From Gnetum montanum (lineage: Eukaryota; Plantae; Gnetophyta), in contig MNCI01000737.1 in assembly GCA_015680685.1 (NCBI GenBank), forward strand, positions 1 through 64,000: 64,000 bases of DNA, in the 5' to 3' direction. The translations under genes and the position numbers were made by a program. The notes under the pieces are model-generated. The model was not told where the DNA came from. It did not search any database and worked only from the letters and a program-made list of their open reading frames with translations. Shown here one piece after another: positions 1 to 13,900 of this stretch (position 1 is its first letter; every line of letters begins with the position of its first letter).

Positions 1-969
1 AATCAGGTAAGGAGTCTAACAAAACATAGGATTTAACTAGATCTGAAATAACAATTTTATATTCCTCCAACTTATTTAGATTTCCCATCATCTCATCCAA
101 ATGATCTTGAAAAGACACATCAGATCTCTTCTTGCATCTAAAAACTTTCTAATAAATGTGAAAGGTATTCAAATCTAATTTGATTGAGGCCAAAATCTCA
201 TTGCTTAGGGTAGGATAAATGAAAGACAATGCCCTAGTCTTAATTTTCCTCCAATCAGCAGTTGACATTCCTGCTGGTTGAGAGGGATCTAGGGCCTCTT
301 GGCAATCCTTTTGTGCTAAAATAGCCTTCATCAAAATGCTCCAACCGTTCCAGTTCCTTCTTACCAATCTTTCCGTTGTTTGCAACCTCTCCATCTTTTT
401 AAACCTTGCCCTGATACCAGTTGTTATAAACAGATCTGAAAACACACTACAAATGCTCTAGAGAAATTATTAAAAAACCCTACAGATCTAAATAAATCAT
501 TAGAGGCAAAACAGTAAAAAAAAAAAGGAAATAGCACAAGAACACAAAGAGTTACGTGGTTCAGGCCCCTTTTACCCTACTTCCACAACAATGTTGATCT
601 GTCTTCTATTCTTCTCAAATCTTAAGGACACAAGCCGTCCTTGCAACTTTTCAAACACACAATCTGTTATTCCAACAGATCTCATATCAACACCAACAAG
701 ACTCACATCTCCAAGGTAAAACCTTGATACAATGCTTTCACTTTGAAGCACACACTAAAGGCTACCCCAAGCCTTCTATTTATGAAAAAACATGAAGACC
801 AAACCCCAATCCTAATACATGTGGGATAAAACACCAAGCCTCCTATATATGAGGAAACATTAGGACCAAACCCCAATCCTAATACATGTGGGATAAAACA
901 CATCCCCACATTAAATGCAACATAAAAGGAACTACAACAATTAATGTATTTGTCTTCATTTTTCCAACA
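1..969 (-). mobile_element. Ty1/copia LTR retrotransposon, 5' end (LTR 422-969, PBS 408-419, gag start about 394), cut by the window edge, in GCN2 intron 11
   Basis: TG...CA LTR; tRNA-Met PBS TGGTATCAGGGC; gag N-terminus RNWNGWSILMKAIL...DWRKIKTRALSFI; ~67-bp tandem repeat inside the LTR (about 777-902). Confidence 0.88.
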
Positions 970-1224
970 CGTTTGCCTTCTCCTGGGATTACTTTAGGAG
1001 AATGTTCTTTGAGCCTCTCTGAAACCAGAGGACAGCCTAAAGTCTTCCATTAAGGAAAAACAAGAAGAAGTAATAAAAATTGACGCATTTACTAAATCAG
1101 ACGCTCCATAAAGGCTAACACGAGGACTCTCTATGAACACCTATTTGCTTGCCATCAGACCACCATGACCACCACACCCCATGTGTTTTTTTCTCACCTC
1201 TAATCTAATGGAATAACTTCCTTG

Positions 1225-1296
1225 TTAGCTTTCGTTATTAATGATTCATTACACTTTGTATTAGCTTTCGTTATTAATGATTCATTACACTTTGTA
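1225..1296. repeat. 36-bp perfect tandem duplication
   Basis: TTAGCTTTCGTTATTAATGATTCATTACACTTTGTA x2. Confidence 0.9.
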
Positions 1297-1802
1297 TATG
1301 TGTGTGTGTGATGATATATACAAAGGAATACTTAATAGCTTAAATTCATCTTTATGATGGGAGGGAAATTTTTCTTAAACAAGCCTCGTTAGTGATTGCC
1401 AAGCCTTTATCATGCAAGGGCTGAGAAGTTTGTTTTTAAGTTGAATGCTCGTTAATTTCATCTTCAAATTGGGTAATAATTTTCAAAACCCATTAAGATT
1501 CTAGCAATACGATCCCGTCTGTGTAATAGTCATATCGTAATCAATGAATTTAAAAGCCAAACACAGAAAAGTTCTTTTATGTAGCTAAGAACTAAAATTT
1601 TCACAACTAGCAAAATACTCTTAAAATGTTCATCAAGAAACCTGTGATTATAGGACCAAATTATTCAACATGTACGCTTTTGGCAGAACACACTACATTT
1701 AAAATTAAACATCTGCACTTGTAGTACCACAATTAAGCCTCAAAAATTAACAAATAAATTAAGGCATCAATTCAAATGCCATAACATAAGAAACAAACTC
1801 AC

Positions 1803-1920
1803 CTCAAAATTTTATTGTTGAAAGATAATTCGGACTCTTTAAGTCTAATTTTCTTCACTGCGTATTGCCGACCATCTAATTTGTTTCTACATAATACAAC
1901 ATGTCCAAAGCCACCTCTAC
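1803..1920 (-). CDS. GCN2: GCN2 exon 11 (Gly-rich loop and catalytic Lys)
   Basis: [40 protein letters not shown]; TAG acceptor and GTGAG donor. Confidence 0.95.
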
Positions 1921-4900
1921 CTACATAATATATCATAAATCACTATTTGTTAGGTCATGAAACAAAATAACAAACTAACAAATGATTACGCTTGCAACTT
2001 AACCAAGTGCATAGAAATTGTGTTATGAATTAGTGAAATACACGAGTAATTCACAATTTTATAAGGTTATATGTGGGTTTCGTACCGCTCCAATGAATTC
2101 AGTTTTTCCCCATGACTACCAATGGTGAAATAAGTTTTGAACTAGTCTTATAAATATGTATATATGAAATTTCAATGGTTAAAAATCACATATGTGGGTT
2201 TGCACCAATGTTTGGAGCTTCCCTGATGACCTTGGGTCAAGGATGCCTAGCAAAAAGGGCTGGAGGCTGGAAGCAGGTGGCATTGAGGCCTGCTCCCAAC
2301 AAGAGGGTAGTATGCAACTCCGAATGCACAGACACTCTAAAAAAGGGGTTGCAACAATGAAACGCAGCCTTATTGGAAAATTTGTGTCTAGTGGGGTCAA
2401 GCCCAAGTTGGATCTAATCAAAAATGGGCAAAGACCACGTGGAAAGTGGGGGATGTTGAGGTCCGCTGCCTATCAGGGGACCTACTATTGTTTATTTTCT
2501 GATCCATTGAGAAACGTGACCAGCATCTGGCTGAAGGGCCATGGTTTTACGGGGCATAGGGTCTTACCCTTACGCTGTGGAGACCAAGGGTGCATAAGAA
2601 AAAAGACCTTTTTGCTAGAGCATTGATTTGGATTAGGGCATCCAAGATTCCCTAGGATATGTGGATGCTGAACTCTTTGGAAGCTTTGGCAGGTTTCCTC
2701 AATGACTTACTAACATTTGACAGGTTTCCTGGTTCAATGACAAGAATGGGTTTTGCCCACTTTTGTGTGTGGCACTTGCTCTTGTCGAAAGATCTAGTTA
2801 AGGAAGTCATGCTAGATTTTCCAGACAATGAGGAAACTATAAGAATTGAATACAAGAACCTTGAAGAACCCACTTCTCTGCCAAAAGCTGGGAAGGGTTG
2901 CTTGGTTTCTGGAAAGCTTGGGCACCAAGTAGCCAACTGCAAGGTTCAGTGCAAACCTAAAATGGTGGCAAAGCCCAAGGATAAACCAACAACGAGGTCA
3001 AGGTGGTTTTAGATCTAGAAGGGGTGTGCAGTCTCGGTACCCACAATGTCGATAGCTGAGGAGGGGACTATGGCAATGGATGGGACTAGCAATGGTGCAC
3101 AATGAACCTACTGGTGAGGTGTCACCAACACGATCCCCTTGCACACTAATGGGGAATGCAAAACAAGGGGGCTCATCAGGTGCAGAGCTCCCACCTTTGG
3201 GGAGTTGGGTAACAGCAATCTGCAGCTCCTCTAGACCATTGATGTCGAAAATTGTTGGGCTGCAATTTGGCTCTATTGAGTCCGGTGGGAGGCTACTCTA
3301 GCCTCACCAAGGGGCAAGATAGGTTGGCCCAGTGCGCTTGTGGCCAAAGGCAAGCAAACACAGAAAGAAATTGATTTGGGAATTCTAAAGATCCTACGGG
3401 AGGCCTTCAACAAAATGTTGTCAAGTCATCCATAAAGATTCTTTCCTGGAATTGTAGGGGATAGGGTACACCCTACAAAAGAAATACCCCCAAAGAGATT
3501 GTTCAACGGGAAGGATGTGACATTGTCTACTTACAAGAAACAAAGGTTTAGCCATCAAAGTTTGGTTTACTACAATGTGATGGATGGATATCATAGTTGG
3601 TGCCATGCAGGGGCAAAGCTGGGGGGCTTACCATTCTATCCTAGAAGCCACTGGTTTTGGTGGATGAGTCTACTTAGAGCCAAACGGTACACCTAGCCCA
3701 AGCCAACATCTGGCTTACAAATGTGTATGGTGCACAGAATTGGAAGGTTCACTTGTAGGAACTACAACGAGTTGCATCGATGGTGCCGAACAAGGAGTGA
3801 TGGATCTTGATAGTGGATTTTAACCAACATCTCTACCCATGGGAAAAGATTGGAAGAGATGGCACTATTTCTCTTGGTAGTCAGGAAGCACTGGCATTTC
3901 TCCGAGAGAATCATCTGGTCAACATGGCAGTGGAGGGTTGCAACTTCACATGGAGCAATAGGCGGAAAGGCAAAGATCGAGTGCAGTCCCGAATTGATCA
4001 AGTATGAGTTAGTATGAGGTTAGTGCTAAGTTTTGATGTCCATGTGACAAGCAAGGAGAGACAGGCTTCCAACCACCGTTCACTATTATAAAACCTGCAG
4101 GAAGTGTGCGCTATGGCCCCTAGGCCTTTTTGGTTCAAGCGTACATGACTCTCTAAGCCATGGTTGAAGCCACTAGAGTGGAACATTTGGCAAGATTATT
4201 CTCGGGAGAAGGAACCCAACAACTTCCCTAAGCATGATCTGTGAACACTTAAGATGCAAATCAAGGATAGGGCCATGGGGGATAAATACAGGTTTCGGGT
4301 TTACCAAGATCAATTGGTACAAAGATTGGCCGAAGTGCAGTTGAGACAGGAGTAGGGAGAGGATCTGATGATTAAGGACGTCTACTAGTGACACCGATTG
4401 TGAATCATGTAGCTTCAAGAGGGGGACCAAAACACACAATTTTTCTTTGCATCAACCAAAGGACATGGGTAGGAGAAGAACAAACGTAGGCTTGCAGATG
4501 AAGCGGAGGCTATGGCTGATGGGGCAAAGATTGTTGAACTAGTGCAACGGTATTGGGGGGAGATCTAACACAAGAGAGAGACTATTCTGATGTTAGTGCC
4601 AATTAAATGGGTTATTGGAACCTCTAAAAGCTAGGCATTGCTTCATCCCTTCACTTTGCAAGAATTAGAAACAGTGATGACTACTATGAAGCCTAATAAG
4701 GCACCGAGGCCTAACGGGTGGCCCATTGATTTCTTTAAGGAGTTCCTAGATCTTATCAAGGAGAATCTTTTGGATGCCTTTCATTCTATGCTGCGTTGGC
4801 AGGCAGTGCATCGGGAGATCAACTACTCAAGGATTGTTCTGATACCAAAGACTAAAACGTTGTCTTTGCCAGAGCATTTTAGGTTGGTGTCTATAATACC

Positions 4901-7900
4901 CTTCTTCGGATTTTTACTAAGATGCTAGTGTATAGGATGGCGTCACTGATGCCACCTTTGGTAAGGGAGAACTAGGCGGGGTTTGTGAAGGGCCAATTTC
5001 TGTAGGATCAAGTGATCTTGCTACATGAAATCCTCCACTCGTACCAGGCTTCAAGTTTCCCTGGGTGTGAAACTTGATATAAAGAAAGCTTATGATACTG
5101 TAAGTCAGGTAGCAATAGAGACAATCATGCTAAGGAAAGGCTTTAAACCTACTTTTGTGAACCTTTCTCTTCAAATCCAAACTTTGGGTAGCTATTCATT
5201 GGATGTTGGGGGCGGCTGTGGGGTTTCGAGGCACCTAGGAGGGGATTGTGCAAAGGTGACCCACTCTCGCCCCTATTTTTCATCTTACTAATGGACTCAC
5301 TACAAGGATATTAAGAACTAGAGGGCCTTTTGGGTGTGAAAGTGGTTGGTGTTCACTATGTTGTTGAGTATTACGCAAACAACACTTATGTTTTGTCGGG
5401 TGGTTGTGCCGCAAGCAATGGCTCTCCAAAAAGTGCTAGAGCAAATGGCATTGGAGCTGGGGTTAGAAGTTAATAAGACAATCTGCGTTGCACCTAGTCA
5501 ATGTTGAGGTGCAGGTGTAGAGAAGGATTTTCTAGGTTTTGGGTATCTTGCCCAAAACAATTAAGGACTCTTATCTTGGGATGCCAATTTTTGACTAGCA
5601 CAAGAGGCAAACCTAGACTACGCTAGTACAAAAATTAGAAAAGAAAACTGCACATTGGACGACCCAATTTCTGTCCCAAAAAGATAGAATTATTCTTGCC
5701 TCATCTATCCTAATGTCGATGGCAAGATTTACGACGTCTATGGCCCGTCCTCTGATGGGGGTGGCCTAACGAATCGACTAGATAATCTGATGGTTCATGT
5801 GGTCAAGAGGAATGGGGGGCGAGAAGATTCACCTTGTCAACTAGGCAAATACGACTAGACCCAAGCATGTGGGGGGGCTTGGGATATTGTCTTTCAATGA
5901 TGAAGTGGTGCTAGGAATGCAACAGCTAGCTAACTAGTTGATGGTACACGAGTAGCCCGCATAGTGGGTTAGTGTTGTGCAGCAACAGTATGGGCTCTAA
6001 GAGGCTAGATCCATGGAGCTTTGCAAACATATGGCTCATATGTGGGAATGCAAATTGATGGGCAAGAAGCCCAGAGAAATCATTCAACACAAATATCTGC
6101 CGCTACTCAGGTGGAGAGCAATTTGGAGGGGTAGACTTATAGAAAAAATTAATATTTTTGGATAATTAATAGCACATAAGGCATTGCCAATAAGGGGTGT
6201 TTTACAAGGGAGAGGAATGGTTGTTGACCCCCGATGCCCATTATACATGAGGGAAGAGGAAACAATTCATCATTTGATTTACCAATGTGATTACATGCTT
6301 GCCACATGGTGGGCGACAAGGCTAAATCCACTTGCTCACATGAACAAGGACGAAAAGAAAATAGCTATTTTCTAGGCGGCATGGCGAAACTGGAATAATC
6401 TTATCTTTAGGGCACAATAATTGCCCTTGTCGTCCATGACCACTGGTATGGGGCTACGACTATGGGAGGAAGCAACACACACCATGGGACTCAAGCAACA
6501 CTAGCAGCCAATAGTGTAGAAATGCTAGCAAAATCACAAGTTGTGGATGTTGGTTCGATGGGTTGGGTCGGCAAGGGTGCTACCTCAGATTGATGGGATG
6601 CCAAACCTTGCAAATAGCACCTTCTTTGGGAATTGGGAGGGGGAAGAGACACATTTTCGAGGTAGAAGAATTCTCTTAACTGAGGCTGCCATGGCAGAAG
6701 CCTTAGGCCTGCTGGTGGAAGGAGAAGACATTCCGCCAGTGCTACATAGTCATGCGCCTACAAGTGAATTTTTTAGTGGTTGTACACCAAAAATGGCTAG
6801 TGGTCATATTCCGCATACTGTGCTACCATCATTTTGGCAAGAGGTGGTGGTGCTAGTGGACAGATTCTTTGTCCAAAGAGGGACCGCCTTGAAGCTACTG
6901 AGCATGCATTTTGCTTCATGCAATGCCTCAAGTACAATGTGGGTGTTAATTTACCTTGTTTTAAGCTTGATTCGATGCAGCACCAAAGACCAAGAAGACA
7001 TTCTAATTGTATTTTGGCACTGTGGCGACATTGGGCTAAGATTTTGCCAACAGTGCACCAGCCCTTGAAGGGTCTATCAATGACAAAGATTTTGGTTCGG
7101 GTAGGGAGAAAATGCACCAAGCTCAAGCAAGGGTGGGAACATGGGCGAGGAAGCTACCTCATCTCATGGCAGACATGAGCAAGAGTGGTTGACGCATCCC
7201 AATGTACAGAAGGCATGTAGGGACATTGCTAAATAGGCTAGCGTAGCCGAACGGCAGGTGTGGGAGGCTCGTTGGGCTCGTTGGGAGGAACGCAAGGAGG
7301 GTTTGCATTTGACTACAAAATTGGCAAAAAGACAAAGAGTAGAGCTTCAAGATCTGATATACAAGACCCATCTTCAACCAAGGGCAGCTTGGCTACAAGT
7401 CATGCATGATGACTTGCATGAGGGCCCTCACGTGGAGACTAAACAAGAAGGGTGGCTAGATGCAAAGAGGCAGCAACAGGAGGCACAAGAGAGTTAGGAT
7501 TGGGAGGGATCCTTGCCTACAATTGGATTTTACAGACAATAGAAAATGACTATGCCTGAAGATCCACTGTGAGTTGGATCATTTGGTTGGGGGTTGTTTT
7601 GTAGGCGTGCTCTTAGATCAATTTTTCTAGGCAGTGTGGCTACTCATCTTGGGGTTTTTTGGGCCTCTGACCCCAATAGTTTGTGCTTTCCTCTAAGCGG
7701 GTTTTGGTACTATGTTTGCAGAGTTCATCTCTGGACTCTAGGGCTAGGTTTGGGTTACTGATGGCACATGGCACAGGTGAGGTGGTATGAGAGGTGTCGG
7801 CATGTTAATTATCACTGATTGATGTCTAGCGGGGTTATGGATCCCGTTTGTATATATATTTTTCTTCCTTTACAATAAAGCCTAAACATTTCTCAAAAAA

Positions 7901-10900
7901 GGGTTAAAAATCACATTAACACCTTACACAATTTATCTATTCTTACATTTAACCATGCAGGAATATGAAGTGTGTGTCAACTTAAGTTAGAGCATTTAGT
8001 CAATAAAGTTAATATTTTAGCTTGTGCTTTTTATAAAGGTAACAATGTATTAATGAAGTTCGGGTAAAGTATTAACAATATTCTTGTTACTTTTGGATAG
8101 AGAAAACTTTCTCATTAATACACTACACTGAAGGTAGAAGCCTTCAAGAACTTTCAGCAAGCAACAACTTTTGTGGATATCGAATAGCACATGGCTGTTC
8201 TCGACCCCATCCATAGGCAGGAAAGGGCCATTTGTGACTGTACGAGGCTGTCATACCGGCTCTGAGCGGTAGGGGTGGCAGGGTCTCTTGGGGGCCGTAG
8301 TTTTTGTCTCCCCCTCTCTGGAGGGGGGTTTTTGTTGGCCTTTTGTTCATCTATTATTGTCAGTTTATTTTGGCTACAGGATTTTCCGCTGGCAAGGTGG
8401 TGGACGTGGGAGGTTCTTGGCCCACCTAGGGGGTGTTGTGGGGGTTCTTTTTGGGGGAGATGGGAAGCTCCCTCCCCTGTTTTCTAGGGAAGATCATTTG
8501 TAATATTTTGTAAATTTTCCAATTTAATATATCCCGAATGTCTCCAAAAAAAAAGGTAACTGTCATTAATATCAAACCCCTGTATTTTCTAATCTGCACA
8601 TCACTTTCAAATTAAATGTTCAAACATTGATAGAGCAATTACAAAAAAAATTGAAACTGAAACTGAAATTTTTACTTACATCCACCGAGACCCATTGGAT
8701 CTATCAGACCAGTTCAGATTTCCTTTTACAGATTTCTTTTATAAGTCAATGCTACTGAATGGAATCAAACTTATGACCTGGGATTGCCAACCCAAGACTC
8801 TTACCACTAAGCTAACACCTCTTTGTAGCAAAGCAGCAACAAGATTGTTTACTGCTGTGGCAAGAACATTAATCAGCATTTGCTGAAATTGAGGTTCTCC
8901 TAAAACCTTAGTGAATTATCCTTAAAGTACACATATTCAAAACCTAGTATGGTATTAACCTAGCTTTACTGGTAAAGTACCGCTCCTAGCATCATCACTA
9001 AATCATTGTCTAATACATACTTGAGATAAAGTATTAAATGGAATCATATTTTGTGACAACTTGTTCAGACACTATTTTTAATCACTTTGTAACATTCTTT
9101 GCTTACTCAACTGTGTTACAAAACACCATATGACAAGTTACACCTTATCCTATAACACTCATACATATATAAACTACTAGCCATGTCAAGTTATTTTACA
9201 CATTGACACCTAAATTTTATAATGTAACCATATGGAATTTGATTATTTCAAAAAAAAAAAAAGGAACATGCTTACCTAAAAGGCAGATTTCCTCAAAATC
9301 CTTCAGATATCGTGAATTGATAGGTGAAGTGCTGCTTTCTCCAAGTAATTGTAGGCTTTCCTTCCAAAATTGATTTAATATAGGCTGAAATATTCCATTA
9401 TAATTACCACTCGTCCAGTTTGTATTACCAAATAAAGAATATAAAAAAACTAAAGTATAGTGTTCTTTCGTTGAACAGTCACCATCACCTTACATTTGAA
9501 TCTCCCATATTGCAACGATGAAACACATGCTGAAAGGCCTTCTTAAAAAGCTCAGACTCAAGATTTGCCAATTCCCCAGCCCACTGAGGCAAAATCTGTA
9601 TCAAGAATATTAATTCATTTTTCCATAAGTTTGCTCTATCAAAAAATAACAATATCTCATGATGGGGAAAAACCACCAAGTCATACCCCCATGCCCTGAA
9701 GTTCTGATATTAATTCAGGCAAGACATTTGGAACTGGAGCCCTAGAAGAGCACAAAAGTCGAAGCAAATAAACCTGAAAAATATCCCATTGAAAGGCTCC
9801 TAAATTCTTGACTTTATTAATTACCACAAAATGATGTAATTCAACCCAGATGTAAAGACGTACAAAGAGGTTACATTACCATAATCAAATCCTTTTTATC
9901 ATGATAAATACCTTTATCATCTGCTGAACAGAAAAACGAACCTTCAAATTAGATGTCATAATGAATACTTTCTGCAAGAGATTCAAGATTAGTGATGGAA
10001 AAAAGGAAATGCAGTAATCAAGAGTTCAGTCTGCATTTTATTCACAATTTCTTGTACTACAGTTTTCCATCAATCCCAAAGTTAAGAGGAATTAGAACTG
10101 TATAATCTAGAAATTGTATTGATCACTAAATGCACATGTTTTGGTGTTTATGTTTTATATATTATTTTATTCATATCCTATGTTCACTTTTTTATCAAAT
10201 GTTAAAGTTCATGAGTTGTGTTATAGATTAAAGCTTGCGTTAAAACAGGACAGAACTAAAAAAGGTGTTTAATGTCATGTGTCCCCCTCTTCAAAAGCTA
10301 TATAAGAAGCCCAAAGCTCTATATTCAAACTTGATGTGAAACTGGTGAATGCATTGTAATTATGCTCTCATTTCAATCAATAGAGAAGGAGAACGGAAAG
10401 TCCTTTGTGCTGAAGTTCTTTAAGCTTTAAGCTCTTGTTTGTTTTCATTGTTATTTCACAATGAATTCGTAACATAGATCATGTTTTAGATTAGATTGTT
10501 CACAGCATTTCACAATCAATTTCACATGTCACAGCTATTTCACAATCATTTCTCATTTCACAATCTATTTTACATGTTCATATGTTATCTCACAATATTT
10601 CTTAGTTCTATGTTCAGAGTTGAATAGATCATTGAGTTCTATTCTGTTTTTTTTTTTTTTTCTTCTTCTTCTTTTTCTTTTTCTTTTTTTTTTTTTTTCT
10701 CTCTTTTGAGAAGTGTTTGGATTGGATTAATCGTAAAAAGAAATTTACATGAGTTTTGTACAGCCTCAAAAATGAGGGGAGGCCTCTCCCCTCCACCCCC
10801 AAAAAGAAACCCCCGTCATAGAAGGCAGGGCCAACTAAAACCCCACCTACCAACTACCAACACCAAAAAATCAAAATTGGCAGGTCACCCCCATGGACCC

Positions 10901-13900
10901 CCCAAAACCAACCCACTAATCAAAAAACCCAACAAAAACAAAGAAACAAGATCCCCAAGAACCGAAAAAACCCAAAGCCCAAGGACACCACCTATATATG
11001 GCATGGCAGCTATGTACAACAACATATAACCTGCTCTTGACTATAAATGGCATCCAAGACAACCCTGTGCCATTCTGCGTCGACAAAAGCTGCTACCTGC
11101 AAGAAATCCTTAAAGGCTTCGACTTTCCTCGGACATTCCACTCCATCCCCTTTGCCGTCTAGGTGAAGCTCCTTCCCCCTCCAGTTGATATGCTTCCTTA
11201 AGGTCCCCCAAGGCATGTTACAGCCAATATTCATCATCACATAGGGGCATCGCCCCTCCCTTAGCTAGGTCCATGCATTGTTCTCATGCACCCGATTTAG
11301 CTACTGCTGATTGGGTCACCTCCCTCTCTTCCTGTTGATTGTACTCCTAATCCTCCCTATCCTAGGCCTCCTACAAGCGTGCTTCCTCCTGGATCTGCTT
11401 TGAGATCTCCTACCATACGTCAGCCTCCAACGCATGCAACGCCACCACTTCTACCAGGTCCCAATGCCTCTTTTCCTCTTTTGATTCTTCCACATGTCGA
11501 CGCTCCATCTATTCCAGCTACCTTTGGAACTCCTCTTCCCTCTAATGTCATTCTGACTCCTAGAGGGCACGCTCCTCCACCCGAGCCTAAGCAGCCACCA
11601 CCTCTACTGTAGGGGAGAGGCAATCCTCAATCCCCAGCTCCCTTCCCACCCCAAACCCCGCCTCAACCAATTTATCCCCCCTTTGTTTCGAGGATCAATC
11701 CAACTTACCGGCCTCAAACCTTGGCCTCCGTATTTAGCAGATGAACCGCAAACTTACCCTAATTGATCACCAATCCAACCTCCTTGGCCATATGTTGCAA
11801 TGTCCTATTAATCACCAATGCATGAGGCACTACTGCTCGAGAAAACAAAATGGTATCATCAACATAATGTTCAACTAGGCAACTGACACCCCCAATATCC
11901 AGACCTCTCACCACCTTTGCCATGTAATAGGCCCACATTGCGCCCATGACAAGAATAAATAGATAAGGTGACAGGGGATCCCCCTGACGTAACCCCCTTC
12001 CAAGGGAGGAAAACACCCAAAACCACCCCTCCAAAGCCAATGAGAACGCTCCCAACATCTAAATATGCATGCAAAGATCCACAAAGTGCCGATGGAAACC
12101 TTTTTGCAACATTATGTCCTTGAGGGCACTCTAGGACACCATGTCATATGCTTTTGTAATATCAAGTTTGAGGCACATACCTAGGTATTTAGTCACCTTT
12201 AGTGAGTGCATCACTTCCTACACTAGAATGACCTAGTCTTGAATATCCTTGCCCTTGACGAATCCGGCCTGTTGTTCCCCAACTAAACGTAGCATTATGG
12301 GCCCCATTCGAGCCACCAGCATTTTAGTAAATAGGCAAAGCAGAGTGTTGCACATTCCAATCAGTTGAAAATGAGTGGGAGTCGTGGGGTTGGCCATCTT
12401 GGGGATAAGCACCAACCAAGAGCAATTGATCTCTCATTGAACCTACCTCCAACGCAACATGGTGTTAAAGGCATCCAATAAATTATCCAACAAAATATCA
12501 ATGAAAGCTTGGAAAAATTCCACATGCCACCCATCAAGACCAAGCACACTCGCCCCCCCTTCCCTTTTCATAGAAGCAAAGCCTCCCCTAACTCTTCGCA
12601 ACTAAAAGGGGCCAACAACCTCCGATTATCGACTTCATTCAAAATCTGCCCAGTATCAATGGAGAGAGGCGCAGTCTCCTTCTGCTACCAAATACCCAAC
12701 GAATAGGCCATCAGCGTGCGGGCAACCTCTTATTTCTCTTCCAACATAGTGTCCGCGACCTTAATACTATGAATTTGTTTGGATATCCACACCGAATTGG
12801 TACCAATGAAGAAAAAATAGGTATTCCTATCCCCCTCCTAGAGCTAGCATGCACGCCCCCATTGTCTCCAACAAGTTTCATCCTCAACATCCAGATTCTA
12901 GAGCTCTGCAAGCACCTCCCCCTTGTCATCCTTGAGACCCTGCCTCTGCTCCTGCATCACCTGAATCATCGCTAACTGCTCCATCAACAACCCATGGCAA
13001 GACCTAAAAGAAAATTTACCCTCTGACTTTAACACCCTGATGCTCTGTTTCAACAAAGGCAAGCCCTGCTTAAGAAAGTCCCTGGGATCAATGGGGGTGG
13101 GATAGTCCTTTCAAATCTCCTCCACCAACAACCTCAGCCATAGCTTAGCCAAACAAAATCTTTCAAATCAAAACAGCATCAACCCCCCCAACACCGGGGG
13201 ACCAACCCAGCACAATAGTGACTTGTGGTTAGAGGCCACCCGCTCCTTCCCCAAAACAGTCACCCTGGTCCATCAACAAGACCGAGCCCACCCAAACTCT
13301 ATCAATCTTTGTCATGATCCTATCCTTGCCTTTTGTTTGGTTGCACCACGTGAACTGGCAACCCCTGATGTCCATGTCTACCAACTCATGAGCATCTAGA
13401 AACTACAAGAATGGTTGTGCCCCAAGAGGCTCCTAAGTTCCCCCCATCAAACTTCTCCCATGCGTACAATCTCTAATTGAAGTCCCCAACCAAAATCTAG
13501 TTCCCCTAATCCAAGATCAGCAAAGCAATCCTCTATAGCTCCCTCAGTCATTCCTCCCATTGTTGTGCACCATAAAAGTTCGTGAGCCAAATTCCCGTCT
13601 AGTGGAAAAGAATAGTGACACTCCACATGGATGTGTCAACAATCTTGAAAGACCAATGGGACAAGGAGGCCAGCCCCTCAATCCTCCCCCAACAAGCCAC
13701 AAAGTGTGTCTACCAATCTGACTAGCATAACCAATGACATTCGTGTTGTTAAAGTTTTGTCTCTTGCAAACAGGGAGTTCTATTATGTTTGTTGTATGAA
13801 TTTGATGCTTAAAGATAGATCTAAGCAACTTGCATTACAATTCCTACTCAATTGCATCTCACCTTGCAAGGGTCTTGAAGGATTCTTTTGGATCTCCTCA

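Noticed and set aside
10217-10630. LTR-like stretch (TG start, CTATATAAG, TTTCACA end, TCACAAT repeats), possibly linked to a purine tract near 14070
   Set aside because: No second LTR, clear PBS, TSD or coding motif found; probably an old copia remnant but not supportable.
10629-11029. Poly-Lys and Pro/Lys-rich ORFs
   Set aside because: They are translations of the LINE poly(A) tail and G/T-rich 3'UTR.
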